Assembly (NCBI GenBank): GCA_002633005.1
Contig: NMRA01000027.1
Coordinates: 1,167,788 to 1,231,787 of the forward strand
Direction of reading: 5' to 3'
Origin: Phoronis australis
Taxonomy: Eukaryota > Animalia > Phoronida
Length of the DNA stretch: 64,000 nt
Part shown: positions 41,408 to 54,645 of the stretch, in pieces
Layout: the number at the start of each line of letters is the position of its first letter
How positions within the stretch are numbered: the first letter of the stretch is position 1
Notes under the pieces: generated by a model
The model's database searches: none
What the model was told of the DNA's origin: nothing
What the model saw: the letters and a program-made list of their open reading frames with translations, nothing else
Program-made: the position numbers and the translations under genes

Positions 41408-44311
41408 GGGCCCCTGGCCAACCAATTAGAGAAAGGTCCCTATGCCTTGTGAGAGAGTAGTGGAAAAATTCAATTGCCAATTTCGCCAAAGCACTATTGG
41501 GTGGTTTCTTAAGTATACTGTAGAAATGTGCCTGTCAAAGTACAAACTTGGAAAAAACAGATGATGGTGAAATCTGATAAAAGAATCTGCCCATGGGGAA
41601 ACCATTGTTTTTATATAACATATCTCGCAATATTTTATGACTCGGACAGTGACGAACTATGCTTATAAAATATTTCTTTTCATTATTGGTATGAGATCCG
41701 TGGCCAAATAAAACACATAACACGAAACAACAACATCAGCTAGATTAAAATTGCTGACTGTTTACCAAAACACATTTTGTGGCCAAACTGATCTATTACC
41801 AGTCAACGACTGACCCATATCCGTGTTCTGTAGGCTTGTAACTACAATGATAGGGGTTACATGCTTTGTGAGGTATATCTGGTGGACAAAGGTCATCTCT
41901 GTAGATTTTTTTATTTTCATATTTGCAAATAATTTATGGCTACTGTTGCTGATTGGCTATTGGGGGATATTTTAAAATGGCTTCGTGTAACAGTTTCCAA
42001 TCTAAACTGGGCCCACTGGAAATGTGCAAATGTTTCCAAGTGAAGCCGGGAAATTTGCCAGCCATTGTATTTTTCTATCAACTTTTCTGACCGCAGCTGT
42101 GCTATAATGCATAAGGATATGTCCCGGTGTCTTGTGCGATTTTACATTTTCACGATTTTCTTGTGTCTGCGAAACTCCAGCCTGGTCTTGAACAGAATGT
42201 ATTCACCCACAAGGCCAATAACTAACCCTGCTGGCATACTCATTGTGTCACTCACCATGTATTCAGGTCAATGATTTGCTTTATGTTTGACCAACACTTT
42301 TCACACAATGCCACCCTACCATAGCTGGTGTTATGAAACTAAATTAACCCCTACTATTATACCCTGCCAGGATATTGTTAGGCATTGTGGCTACACTGGC
42401 TGTGTGTCAGGTTCCTAGTTTATCTAGCCTTGATTGTGCTGGAGCGAGGTGTTTTTGTTTTGGTATTTCACATGCACTGTGTTACTCAACTTCTGAATTG
42501 CACGCGTTTCGTTTGAACGGGTTCATGCCTGGGAATTTTCGTCATCGTTGTTCCTACGGCCTGGTGTTTTGTACCTGTCTGTATAGGTGAGGTATAGACG
42601 CAGCATTGTCGGTGTAGACTGGGATAATATTTGTACAAACTTGTTGTCACTTGCTGTCTGCTACGTGAGCTGTGGTTAGCAGCTATAGAGCCACATAGAT
42701 ATTCACATAGATGTGGGAAGGTTTCTTAATTTTCAGTAGTCTTCTGAAAAATTGGATAATGCAACTTTCTGACTATTGGTGGCGACTTGGACTATAAAAC
42801 ACGGGTCCGAGGTGGTGACTACATGTGTTAGAAAGACTGAATTAGGTCAGTTGGGGCTTGCACCGAACAGTTGAAGGTGTGGTATACGCAACACCTGCAG
42901 CTTCTTAAATAGACTATTAGAGTGTTAGCAAGTGTCACTTAGTGATAAGATCTCTTCATTTAAACAGTTCTTGGCTTCTGGTACTTAAGGAGTTGATTTA
43001 TCCAAATTGGCAGGAATTGGTGTGGTCACAGCCATCAGAGTGTGAGCTCACAATGGTAAGATGATGATAGTGTAAGATCTTGCACTGGCAAAATGATCCT
43101 ATCCTCAAGAAACATGTTTTGGTCTCCTTATTCTAACTTACATTCCAACTTTTAAGTTGTTTGGATGTAAGTTAAAACATCTCTGAATGATAGAACATGT
43201 GCCTTTTCTTTACGTTTTTCCTGCTTGTCTGAGGCATTTTCAAAGAAAATGATAGATCCTGATTGTCAGATCAAAGTTAAATCCACTTTACGACTTTGCA
43301 GTGAAGTGTTGGGTTGAAGTGGGCAGTTTCGCCGTTAGTATTAATTTAGTATTAAATTGAGAATTGCTAACTTTGTTGGAAGAGGTCATAGACAGTGATG
43401 GCGGCTGCTGTGTTAGACATTAACTATTTTACTTTTCTAAGCAATCAATTTTGTTTATTATATATGTTAGCTCAGGATCCTTGTTACTGAAAATTATTAT
43501 GCATTGAACTTTTCAATAAGTATTCTGAATTGAAATTAGGAATATGTCATTGCTGTTTTGTAATAACCCTTTACTTGTCACTCCTTAGGAACTTGTTATG
43601 TGGTCCTCTTGTTCAGTGTCCTCAAATGCGATTGATTTTTCAGAAGCGGTCTGAATTTTTAAACATGCTTGAAATTTCCTGGTGTGTTTGATGCATTCCA
43701 ATATAAACAGTGCGAAAAGTGAAGCAAAGTTTTCTTTAGGGGCTGTTAACTTTTGTTGAAAATTTGTTGGTAAAATTGAATTTCACTGTTCCGCCATGTC
43801 GTGTTCTACATAGAACCATTACCTAATCCTCTTGCAGTAAATTATTAATCTTGTTTCATTCTGATGTAGTGGTGTTCTTTTATGGTTGTGTGATCCATTT
43901 GTTAGTTTTACTATTGAGCAAACCAGACTGGATGTCAGTTTAGTCACTATTAGTAACTGTTGGCTATTAGCTGGGGTTGAAAAGTTTATCTTGTATTTTT
44001 TGTTGTTTTGTCTAATGGAATTGATGTTGACTCATTGTCAATGTGCAAGGAATTAAGGCAGCATATACGTACCCTGGTACCCCTCAGCCTGCACTGTTCT
44101 GAAAGGTATGACTTGGGTAGTAATAAGTATAAATCGCTTACAAATTACTTCCACACGAGTAATTCGTTGAAAATGACCAATTTAGATTCAAGGAGACTGT
44201 TGTACTAGAATTCACGTCATAAAACACTCCCTTGTTGCACCATCATGTATGGCCTCGTGAACCAAATCACCTTTGTTATTTGTTTTGTCATAAGCTGTCA
44301 TTTCGTTACAG

Positions 44312-44404
44312 GCAGACGTGATTACCTGAGTCGGTCGGAGTCCCTGGGCACATACAGTCCTTCTTACCTGAGGTCACGGCGCGACTCCGACTCGCACAGT
44401 TCAA
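44312..44404 (+). CDS. SVIL: Supervillin-like gene internal exon (RRDYLSRSESLGTYSPSYLRSRRDSDSHSS)
   Basis: Acceptor tttcgttacag|, donor TCAA|GTGAGT. 93 nt, symmetric phase 1/1. Confidence 0.75.
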
Positions 44405-46356
44405 GTGAGTTTTGTTACCTCAGCATTTAACATGTTATTGTATACCCCCACACACAACATACTATATATCCAGAGTTCCGTGAAAGGTTTTCATGAAGTT
44501 CGGGAAACAGATATCGACTAAGAAGATGACTCCACCTTCTTGTGTTTGTATTCTGTGCCACCTGGTGGCATGTTTTCCTGTTTTCAAGCCTCTCTCAGCC
44601 AAACCAACCTAAGGGTGATTATGAAAATTGGTGCTGGTCTTCCTCCAGTGAAGAAGATGGCTGACGACACTTTTTGGATGGCTCCAACTACTGTGGCGAC
44701 TCCTAGTGCCATCCGCGGCTGTATGTCATGAACCCTTTGCAAGTGCATTTCTATGAAAGTGACAACGAAGGGTGATGACTTTTGGTGAGATGGATCCGAC
44801 TGCCTCTTTGATCCATGGTAGCAATTAAAAAAAACATTTCCTCTGTAGTTTTGGAGTTCCTTGATGGATCTTTGTGGAGTTTGGCAAGTAGGTTTCTATT
44901 ATTGAGGAGATGACTTCTTCCCAATTTCGAATAACCTCCACAAACTATACAATATGCCATTTAGTGGCCAGTTTTATTAATTTTGAGCCAGATGGTTCTG
45001 ACTACTTTGGCCCCGGTGGCACTTTTTTTTCTAATCTGTGGCTGTATCCCGCCAAGCTTGTGTAGGACTAAAATTTGACTGGTGTATTCATAGGAACGTG
45101 ACAACAGATGAGAACAGTTTCTGGGTGGATCCGATTGCCGTTGTGCCCCCTTGTTACTCCATATTTTGTGAATGGTTAATTGCTGTCTTGCTCTTGTTGT
45201 TAACAATGCTATTTGGTAATTGATGGTATGATAATGCTGTACTTGGAACTTCATGTGCCACAAAGGCAAAGCTCTCTTTTATCATATTTATAAGTCAGCT
45301 AAAATACCAAAATCAATTTAGTTTTAATGCTATGAATGAAGTCTTGCTATAATTATCATTTTTTACTTTGTTATGTCGGACCTGAAATTCTGGATAGTAA
45401 GTTTAGCATATGATTTCATCTATCAACAATTGTTTGCTCAAAACGCAGTGAATGGGTTGGTGGTGCTAATAAATAACGGTCACACCTTTTGATTCGGAAT
45501 AAATTTAGAGCAGAGAGCGGTTCATCAGCACAGGGACGTTTGTGTGACAATGGACACACGTGATTTACCTGTCTTGATTGAAGGGATTTCTACAGGCAGG
45601 CCCTATTTGCTTCATCCACGACACTTAGCAAATTTCGAGTTCACCTTTCCTGAGTTTTTCATTTTTCTAGTTTCCAAATCCTTGGCTACAATCAATCAAT
45701 TTTTGTCAAGTGTTATTTTACGAGTGTGCTACAGATACAATCTTAGGAATAGGGTTAAATTATCTCAATGCCCTTCCATACTTCATGTTCAGTTGCTGCC
45801 AGCCTGACACATGTTTCTAACAAAGTGTTTAACCCGTGTGATTACTTACCCTAACACATGATCCCCTGCCGCAGTGTAAATAGTCCCCCACAAAAGCATT
45901 CTGCATTCTGTGAAGAAGTCACCTTACACCTTGGGCTAATGTTACCTGTAACACCATAGACTTGTAACCTCCTGTAGGGGTCATTGGTCTGAAACTAGGT
46001 CTCTTTTTTCAATTTTTGTTGAGTTGAATTGTCCTGTATGAAGGGCCTCGTCTTCATCTGAAATCAATAGGCTTGTAATTGTGATCCTGCCCATGCATTT
46101 CTATGCATTCGGAATTTAAATTTGATACTCGTTTGTCGACTCTAAAATTTTGAACGTCTGTTTGTATGTTTACAAACGTTTCTTAATTTTTAAGAGCATG
46201 GTATGTTAGTCTGTTTATAATTATATTATGCCTCATTATGTATTGCTATTTACATTTGATAGCATAACGATTCATTAGAATTTATTTTTATTGTGCATTA
46301 GTTTTGGGATGTTGAAATTTATAACTAGTGGTTGTCACTTGCCAGCTTGTCACCAG

Positions 46357-46837
46357 GTTCATCAATACATTTTCCAGGAGCACCAATATCCAAGTCAACC
46401 ACTTTCGATTACGCCGACCTTGGCTCTTCCCACTCATCTCACAGCTCTGCCTACATCCCGCGTAGCTATAGTGACCTCCCGACCTACGCGACCAGCTCGC
46501 CTTCTTACTCGAGGATAAAGAACGCGACTCACTACAAGTCCAACCCTAACGTCACTCCTTCTTCAGCATACACACATTACACAAGTTGTAGTTCGAGGCA
46601 GCCGTCGAGCTACGAGCTTGTGCATTCACCGAGTTATTCCTCACATCAGTCCCCACGCTACGCACCTAGTTATTCATCACCGAGGGATCCCTCCTCTTCC
46701 AGTGATGTGAGGGCATATTCACACGTGAGACAGCTGGGTTATACTCCGTCGAACCGTACAAACATGTCTTCGAGGGCAACAGACCGAAGTGCTCGTCAGA
46801 GTAGTCGGAGTTCAGGTGCTGATAGCACTAAGACAAG
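46357..46837 (+). CDS. SVIL: Supervillin-like gene internal exon, Ser/Tyr/Pro-rich
   Basis: Lies inside the 169-aa ORF. Two in-frame phase-1 acceptors (caccag|46357 and tttccag|46378). Donor AAG|GTGAGT, phase 2. Confidence 0.8.
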
Positions 46838-47672
46838 GTGAGTTAAAAAAATCACTTGATGTTTTCATGGTTAGCCTATAAATAATCTATTCAAAATGTC
46901 TGAACTGTTCTCTAGGTGACCACCAGCAGTAGGAGCAGCTACTGCTGGTTATAAATGTCAATTTTTCCACACCGCAACAATGTACCGTATGTTGGGGCAA
47001 AGTCACAAACTTCAAATGAACCAAGTTTGTGACAGTAAATCCTCTCCTTGTAACAAGCAGTGCATGCTAACTACTAGTAACTGTTGGAGAGAATCAGTAC
47101 CACGGAGTTCTACTCCAAAGCATCACCCAAGACAATGAGTTTTCCCATAGATGGCACTGCATGGGGCATTAACCATCACTGTCTTAATTGTGTGGTCACA
47201 TAATCTATACCAACCATCACACAATCAGTGCTTGTTAAGCAAGTAAATGCTTGAAAATACAAGTGGAAAAAGTAAAATATGAGTGGAAAGTTGACCTCAC
47301 TCATATCAGTGGGTGCCAAACAGACTTTCAGCTTTTTTGGTCTCCACTCTTTACGAGTCCAAATCCGTGAATCCTAGTGGCAAATATGCCATCCATTTTA
47401 TTTTTGAGTTGCCTGTGTTGGGCGCTGTCAATGGATTGAACCCAACCTTTTATAGAAAGACATGGGCTTTTACGGCCGCCAGTGCCAGTTTCCTTTAAAT
47501 TTGTTCACAGAGTGGTACTTAGTACAAAATAAAGCAGGATTTTTAATCCTCATTTTCATTAAAATTGATAATGTGCTCATTTGATTTTTTTGCAATGGAT
47601 AAAGCTTATCAAATGCTTTGCTTTGCTCAGTGTGGAATTTGGATAAACTTGTTCAACCCTACTTGTTTGCAG

Positions 47673-49264
47673 GTCAACCAGACTAAGTGACACTAGTGGT
47701 GAGTCACCGTCTGGTGGTCGTAAGACAAGTCGCACAACAGGGGTCAAAGTTGAAGATGAGAAGGACTCAAAGTTGCACAAAACTACGCGCCAGTCTCATG
47801 CTCCGTCGAAACAAAATGGAGTTAATAAAACGAGTAACAGAGTGGTGAAAAGTCCATCGCCAGAAAAGACGGCTGGACAATCTGTGTTTGACCGTCTGTC
47901 TGCGCCAAAAGACAATTTAAGAGGAAGTAAGGACAGTGTCAGTAGCGTTGAGTCGTCGCGGTCGAAACGTGAGAGCACGCCACCTGTGGCTGTGCGTAAA
48001 ACGTCAGCCTCGACCAGTCGAGCAAATACACTTGACAAAGGCAAGGTTAGTCAAAAAGGAAAGAGAGAGAGTACGCCCCCTGTATCTGCCACAAAGTCAT
48101 GTCCAACGAAGACGTCAACATCTGACAGTAAAGGTAATGCCACAAATGGAGTTAAAGAGTCGAGGGCGAAAAAAGAGAGTACGCCGCCAGCATCAGCTTC
48201 GCGCACATCACGTTCATCGACATCAAGTGTGCAAAAGCAATCTAGGGCCACACCCCCAAGAACTGTGGCTGCAGATACCAAGAAGACAAGTGTGAAAGTG
48301 ACATCAGCGGGTAAGAAGTCTGCTGAGGACGGTAAGAATAACAACAAACAGTCAAAATCTCTGCATGGTACGGACAGAGCAGCAGAACGATCTAAACGAA
48401 TAGAAAGTCTCAGCCCAGAAAAAGAAGTGGAGGAAGACACAAGAGGGAAAACAAAGGTTGTGAATGACAAGGTTGTGAAAGACAAGGTTGTGAAGGACAA
48501 AAGTGTGAAAGAAAAAGTTGAGAACAAGTCAGTGGCTGTTGAGGCAAATGTGAAAGAAAAGAGTGAATCTCGTGTCGACAGAATCTCCAATGGGGCCTCA
48601 GCTGCAGAAAAGAGAGACTCTTCCTTAGTGGAACTGGCGGGAACCCGTGCTGATTTGGAAACTGGGAATGGCGAGTCATTCACTCGTAGTTCTGGCCAAG
48701 ACGATGATGTGGCGTCAATACGTGCGTCTCTGCGGGCACGGCGATTGGAACGCATGGGGAAGTCGTCAGAAGATGTTACACCCTCATCAAAACCTGATGA
48801 GCAGCAGGAGTTCTCGTCTGCCCGCAGCATCCGTGAGCGACTGCGTGCGCGTCGTTTAGCGCGGGAGCATGGAGAGGCACTTGAGGTACCGAGCTTGCAA
48901 CACTCTGCCTCAGATGACTCTGTGCCGGCTGAAATTGAGAAGCGCTCATTCGCACTGGGAAAGTCTCCATCAGATACCGCAGTGTCTTCGACAATTGAAG
49001 ATGAACTAACTAGTGCTGGGGGTCGGGCGATGTCATCACTGCGATCGCGCATGGGCGGTTTGAATTCTCGGTATGCCGAGGATAGCAAAGTTGCTCCATC
49101 AAGCAGTAGTGCTGCCGTGCCTGCTGAGACTCAACCAAAAGATGATCCCCTGGCAGCCTACCGGTCATCTTTGCGAGCTCGTCGTCAGCAGATGAGCCGA
49201 AGTATGTCAGATGAAAGCTCTGATAACAAGCTTGAAGTTGAATTCACAACAGGTCATGTTAAAG
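47673..49264 (+). CDS. SVIL: Supervillin-like gene large internal exon (Ser/Lys/Arg-rich, KRESTPP and LRARR repeats)
   Basis: Acceptor ttgtttgcag| phase 2, in frame with the 502-aa ORF. Donor AAAG|GTATGA, phase 1. Confidence 0.88.
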
Positions 49265-49559
49265 GTATGAAAATGTCTTGATGTATTGTGTGGTAGTTGA
49301 GGAGTACATCAAAACATACTATAGTTGAATTTTATTCATCACAAGTTACAGACTCTTTGGTGTTTTGCAGCATTTTGCTTTAGTAATTTAAGTATTGATT
49401 TAGTGGTGATGAATGTCGTGGTTGACCCTTTGGGAGCCTTAAAGCTCAATTACATGTGTATGCTTTTGAAACACAAACCATTAGAACAGTATTATTCCCA
49501 ATGTTCCGGTATTCTCTGACTAAACGTGTCTCATTCCATATGAAACAAAAAGCGTTGGT

Positions 49560-51477
49560 TTAAGGTTATGTATGACCTTATCGACAAGTATATGTATTTT
49601 TCCAAATATACACTTATCAGTAGAATTTGAAAAAAACATATAGTTTCTGAGTGTTGAAAGTCTCTAAAATTTGATTTTTGACTGTGTGCTATATCTTTTT
49701 AGTAAAATTTAGCAAATGAAATTACATTCATAACAAAACAATGGTATCAATGACATAACCAGATTTCATTAGAGATAAAAATTTCCGAGATGAAATCTTA
49801 AAAATGCTGTTTCGGTGAAGTTTCCTCAATTTAGAGCACAATATGATGAAACAATGAAAACAATTCAATTAAATTAAATGGAAAAACACTTTGCTTCATT
49901 GTTTGTACAATTTATATATCAGATGAAATTTTGAGCTTTTTAAACAATGCAGTGAGTTATTGAAAAGTGGAAAAAATATTTTGACCACTGATTTTCTTGA
50001 ATTTTAGAAAACCCTTGAATTATAATTATGTTTTCATTTCATTCAATTTTTAAGTTTTTCATCAAATCGTAAAATTCCAATAGTATAATAGCCCTCATGC
50101 TTAGGTGCAACGTTTTAAGAACAATCCCTCCGTGAGTTCTGAAAGTCTGTCCATAAATCAGAGTTACCTGGAAGTTTCCTAGGAATCTGATGAGCCATTT
50201 CTGATACGCAATGCTCTGATGTAAGCCAAATTTGATGCTTTTTAGGGTCCTCTTTCATATATGTTGGTGTTTAAAGAGGGTTATGGCTGTTGTGTCACTC
50301 TTGTGTGTGGCTAATAATGGAATTAACAATAAGGGCTAACAGAATGCTAATTCGTTTCAGCAGAGACAGACAGGGGTCTCTGGGGTGCTGGGTTTCCAAC
50401 ACACTGTGGGTGTGACGTGACTCATGTCAATCTTTAATTCAGAACTATTGACTCAAAGTACACAGTCGCAAAGAATTTCATTACCTCTGTGTATTGATGG
50501 TCAACTTTGCATGTCTAGAAACTTGTTTTACTCGTTGATTGATTGTTAGGAAAGGTGAAACTCAGGAGCACATGTCAGTTTCTTGTCAGTGTACTCCAAA
50601 ATTTGATTTTGTTCCATCTGGTTAGTGGAGGTGTCTACAAAATTTGAAGGAGATGGAACGCCTGGTTGTCATTCCATGTTCATCAATTTCAATCTACAAC
50701 AAAATTAAAATACCGGTTATTAAAAACCCCGAGTCAATGAATTTTCATTAATACATTGTTTTATTTTGAGAAAAGAGCTTATTTTTTCTTAATTCCTTTT
50801 CAAAAATGTTGTCACTGTGAGAGGTGGGATCAAAAATAGCAACTTCACAATTTTCAAATCAGTATCATTTTCGTCGCAAACTGTGAAAATTGATGGTTGA
50901 CTGGCGACATATTTTGAAATAGACAAAAATGCAAGATAAGTATTTTAACACTGAATGCATTAAAAAAATCATTAAGGTTGTGTAAAACACTAGAAAAATA
51001 GCCACATTGGGCTACCTATGGTATAGCATATTCTTGAAATGGCTGGTTGGATTCATGACATCAATCTTTCCGATACTATGCCTATGCACTTTTCTCTGAA
51101 ACGGTGTAAGGAATGGTTTTTTAAAATGTTCCACTTTTGAATGAGCAGCTATCAATAATAGGACTTAAGTTATTTTTAAGAACAAAAATCAAAAGTTGCA
51201 TAAACTGAAAAGGAAATGATAATTTAGAAAACTGTGACATTTTATAGTTATATCAAACAAAATCTTATTATATTATTATTGTTTTTGAATGCACCTTATT
51301 CCTTTTTGCTCTATTAATTTAAAAAAGGCACGACCATGAGACCCAAGCTTGGTATAACATCAAAAATCAAATTCTCCGGAGTTTCTACTTTCAGAAAACA
51401 TTTACTGTAAATTCTGCAGTTTTGTACATAGTTGGCTTAATACGCTTATTTATCAATAATTTCCTACATAATCTTAA
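49560..51477. mobile_element. About 1.9-kb TTAA-flanked non-autonomous DNA transposon (Kolobok-like)
   Basis: TTAAGGTTATGTATGA at the left and TCCTACATAATCTTAA at the right (14/16 inverted match including TTAA). Subterminal regions resemble the 6157-6511 element. Confidence 0.55.
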
Positions 51478-51596
51478 AGAATAATTGTCAGAATCTATTA
51501 CCTCGAGCATACGGGATCATTGGGTCACCATACTTAATCTTATGAAAATGAAATTGTTGTTGCTCTCTATTAATGCACGAGATCAATTTTTTCCAG

Positions 51597-51771
51597 AGAA
51601 ACCAACTGACGCATCAAAACCAGTCAGTATTTCGGAGGAGACACCCACTGCCCATGTAGAGACTGTGGCAACGGAAGCACCAGTCAGAGTTACACGTCGT
51701 TATGAGCAGAAAGCACACACGACAGATGTCGCTAGTCTACAAGCTGAGAAACACAATGGGGACACCGACAA
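51597..51771 (+). CDS. SVIL: Supervillin-like gene internal exon (EKPTDASKP...HNGDTDK)
   Basis: Acceptor ttttttccag| phase 1, donor AA|GTAATT phase 2. Both phases match the neighbouring exons. Confidence 0.8.
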
Positions 51772-52665
51772 GTAATTTCTTTGTTGAGTTCTTGTAGTGC
51801 AAAATGAGCACTGGGATGTGTTTGACGATAAGATTTTGTAGTCGTTCATATCCAAGCTGTTATCACGTTTTATTTAAACCGGCTTAGTTAGCACATCCTT
51901 CAAACGTGACCTGAGCCACACAATTGCAGATTTTAGATAATGCCATGATAAATCTTTGAAAATGACCTCTTTCTGCATCTCTGGACACCTAAAACTAGTT
52001 TCACAAAATTCGCATACAATAATTTACTCACATTGTCGAAATTCATTTGACATCATCGAAGTTATGAGAAAACCCCAGAATGAAATTAAACAGAAATAGG
52101 TGCATACTAAATTGGTTGAAAATGGAAATTTCTCCTAATTTTTGCAGACTTCTCCATCGCGTTTTAAACCTGCCTCTTGATATCTTTTTGACTAATGCGT
52201 TTTTGTTCAATTTGCAGCTCTTGTCTTAATAAGCAAAACAATAAATGCATTTGGTGATTGATATTCTGTGTAAAAAGACTGTTGCCTGTTCTTGTTCGTT
52301 GTACAGTTATCATTAATTAATGTTTGTAGTTTTACATAGTTGCTTTACCATTGCAGTTTCACACAAACATTAGTACAAAAGTAAACTGATAAACCTCCGT
52401 TTCTCTAGTGTCATGACGTGTCATTCTAGTTAAACCTTTTGAACATAGTCGTTATGATGGTGAATTTTGCTTATGTTCAACCATCATGACAGACAAATTG
52501 CTTGTAATTTTGTCTGCTTATTTTTGGGACATACTGGAGTTTTTCACCAACGAACGAAATAACTGTCAACGATGAGCGCCTCGGGTTAACAAAAACAAAG
52601 TGTAATGCAGGATAATGCCGGCAGTGCCCAATTTCTGCCTCCTCTATATTTCTTCACCATTGCAG

Positions 52666-52774
52666 GAAAGAAGGACTCCAAGTTCCAATTCCAGGGGTCA
52701 TCCAGTCCAAGAGTGGCAGCTACCTTGACGGTCTCGGTGAAACCAAGGAAGAGAGGATCGCTCGTTACAAGGAG
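52666..52774 (+). CDS. SVIL: Supervillin exon carrying first half of the N-terminal signature (KEGLQVPIPGVIQSKSGSYLDGLGETKEERIARYKE)
   Basis: Acceptor caccattgcag| phase 2, donor GAG|GTGATG phase 0. The ERIARYK motif is recognised from supervillin/archvillin. Not in the ORF track. Confidence 0.9.
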
Positions 52775-52849
52775 GTGATGTGTTTACCTACACTCAGTTC
52801 CCGACATACTAAATCAAAGTCCTACATGGAAAATTTGTTTTTACTTGGC

Positions 52850-53350
52850 GGAATTCTTCGAATTCCGACAAGTATGTTGCTCTGTCGTCAAGTTTTTTTT
52901 GTTGTTCTTACTCTACAGGTCGCAATTTTCATCCGATTTTCACGAAATTTGCACACGACATGTAGATCGGGAAGTACTGGAAGGCTATTGTTTTTGGTCA
53001 TGATCGAATACAAAATGGCGGACGTGGCGGCCATTTTGTATCCGATTTCATAGTCAAATACCTGTAGAGGCCGCATTTTTTAACGTACATGGCTGAAAAT
53101 CGGCACGATTATACTAGGACGCATGTGCTACAACTGTGTTGAAAATCGTTGACTTCCGGTCAAAGATGGCGGAAATATTGGACGTGGTGCATGTGCACTC
53201 TGAAATATGGCCAAAAACGTTTTCTCCTGTAGAGGGCGCATTTGCAAACCAATCAATTTCAAACTGGTCACGTGTTTGTTGAGTTTAATAAGCTTTTATA
53301 AAAAATTATTGAACCGGAAGTCACTTGCAAGATGGTAGCTGTGGCGCATG
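52850..53350. mobile_element. Helentron/HINE-like element with internal subrepeats and palindrome
   Basis: Subunits beginning ctgtagagg.cgcattt at about 53062 and 53228, a related ctacaggtcgcaatttt at about 52912, and hairpin tacaaaatggcggacgtggcggccattttgta (53009-53040). Confidence 0.55.
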
Positions 53351-53367
53351 TTCATTATTTTTGTCAT

Positions 53368-54300
53368 TCATCCAAGAATTGTGTAGTGCGTCTTGACGTT
53401 AATTTCCCAAGATTCTTGGACTTTCTTATTTACGATATCCAACATTCTTAATCTCTGCTGAAGTTCTGCTTCATTGTTGCTGTAGAAATTAAGAAAATGT
53501 ATTTTGAATCCAAAAATTGTTCCTGGCAAGCTATTATTGCACACAATGAAGTTGCTGGAATGGAGGTCTTTTATAATAACAAAGACGTCCATAATGGTGT
53601 AGCACTTTTTCCTTGTTTGCCTAGCACGCACCATGAATCTGTGTTTACAGGTTCATCTTCATTATCCAAAAGGTGTCCCTACTGATTCTATTCCATACAA
53701 AATAGAGAGCATAGCAATATCCATAGTGTAGTCTTATAGAATATTTCCGTTGAATGCCGGTACAACAACAGGTTCTCCTTAGTTCTCCAGAAGGTGTCTC
53801 TGCTGATTGTATTCCATACACACTACCCATAGTGTTGTCTTGTAGAACATTTTGATTGAATGCCAACGTAGTGCAGGAATATTGTGTCAAACAGGCAACA
53901 ACGCAAGCATATGAAGGATGACAAGGATCAGCCAGCTGTCCAGTGGGCGTGGTCATACATCAGATGTCTACCGGCTGTTTTACCGCCGAAACATGCTGCT
54001 ACATTTTAGAATTGTTGTCTTCATTCAAACTGTCCTCTAGAGGTCTTGACAATGTATTGGTGAAGTGTACTTAGTTATCTTATCGGTATTTGATATTGGA
54101 CGTATTATTATGGTAGATATTCCCCAATTTGGGATAATCTCTAAAACTTGGGACATTGGAACATCTAAATTTGAGTAGAAGATTGGGACATGGTCACTTC
54201 TGGTGCTCAAATTTCTCAAATATCGAACACTGCTTTTTGTATCAGCCAAGCCTGTTTTTAGACTGTCAACGCATTGTTTTCAGGCATATGTGTAGTGCAT
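53368..54300 (-). mobile_element. Decayed LINE reverse-transcriptase fragment
   Basis: Minus-strand pieces IIPNWGISTIIIRPI...SPI, TGIQRKYS and VRARQ...FVIIKDL...KIHFL...AELQQRL...WEINVKT follow non-LTR RT domain order. The catalytic YADD is lost. Confidence 0.55.
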
Positions 54301-54497
54301 ATCATCCATTTTTTGTTGATTGTAGTTCTTGGGTCTGCCAGCTGTGCGTGATTCTAAAATTTGGTTCAGGCTCTCCAACCTTGTGCAAATGGATTTGTTT
54401 TTCACAGTCCCGAACTAGAGAATATTTATTGTAATATAGTTATTGTTACTGTAGTTATGTAATGTAAATATTCGAGTTGCCAATTTCTGATATGTAG

Positions 54498-54645
54498 GAG
54501 CGGAGAAAAGCATTAGCTTCCCGATTTGCCACAGAGTTTGGCTCTGGTGGGTCGTCGACGGGTGAAAAGGATGAGGAAACTCCTTACTCTAAATACTCAA
54601 GATACAGAAAGTCTTCCACTGATCAGCAGTCCACACAGAACTCTG
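54498..54645 (+). CDS. SVIL: Supervillin exon completing the signature (ERRKALASRFATEFGSGG...QNS)
   Basis: Acceptor tatgtag| phase 0, donor TCTG|GTAGGT phase 1. Continues ERIARYKE into ERRKALA, like vertebrate ERRRQLA. Confidence 0.9.

Noticed and set aside
48051-49088. 345-aa antisense ORF (also 58679-59248, 1860-2279 and other ORFs overlapping exons)
   Set aside because: Shadow ORFs opposite real coding exons, with Ser/Leu/Phe-rich mirror composition and no independent gene signals.
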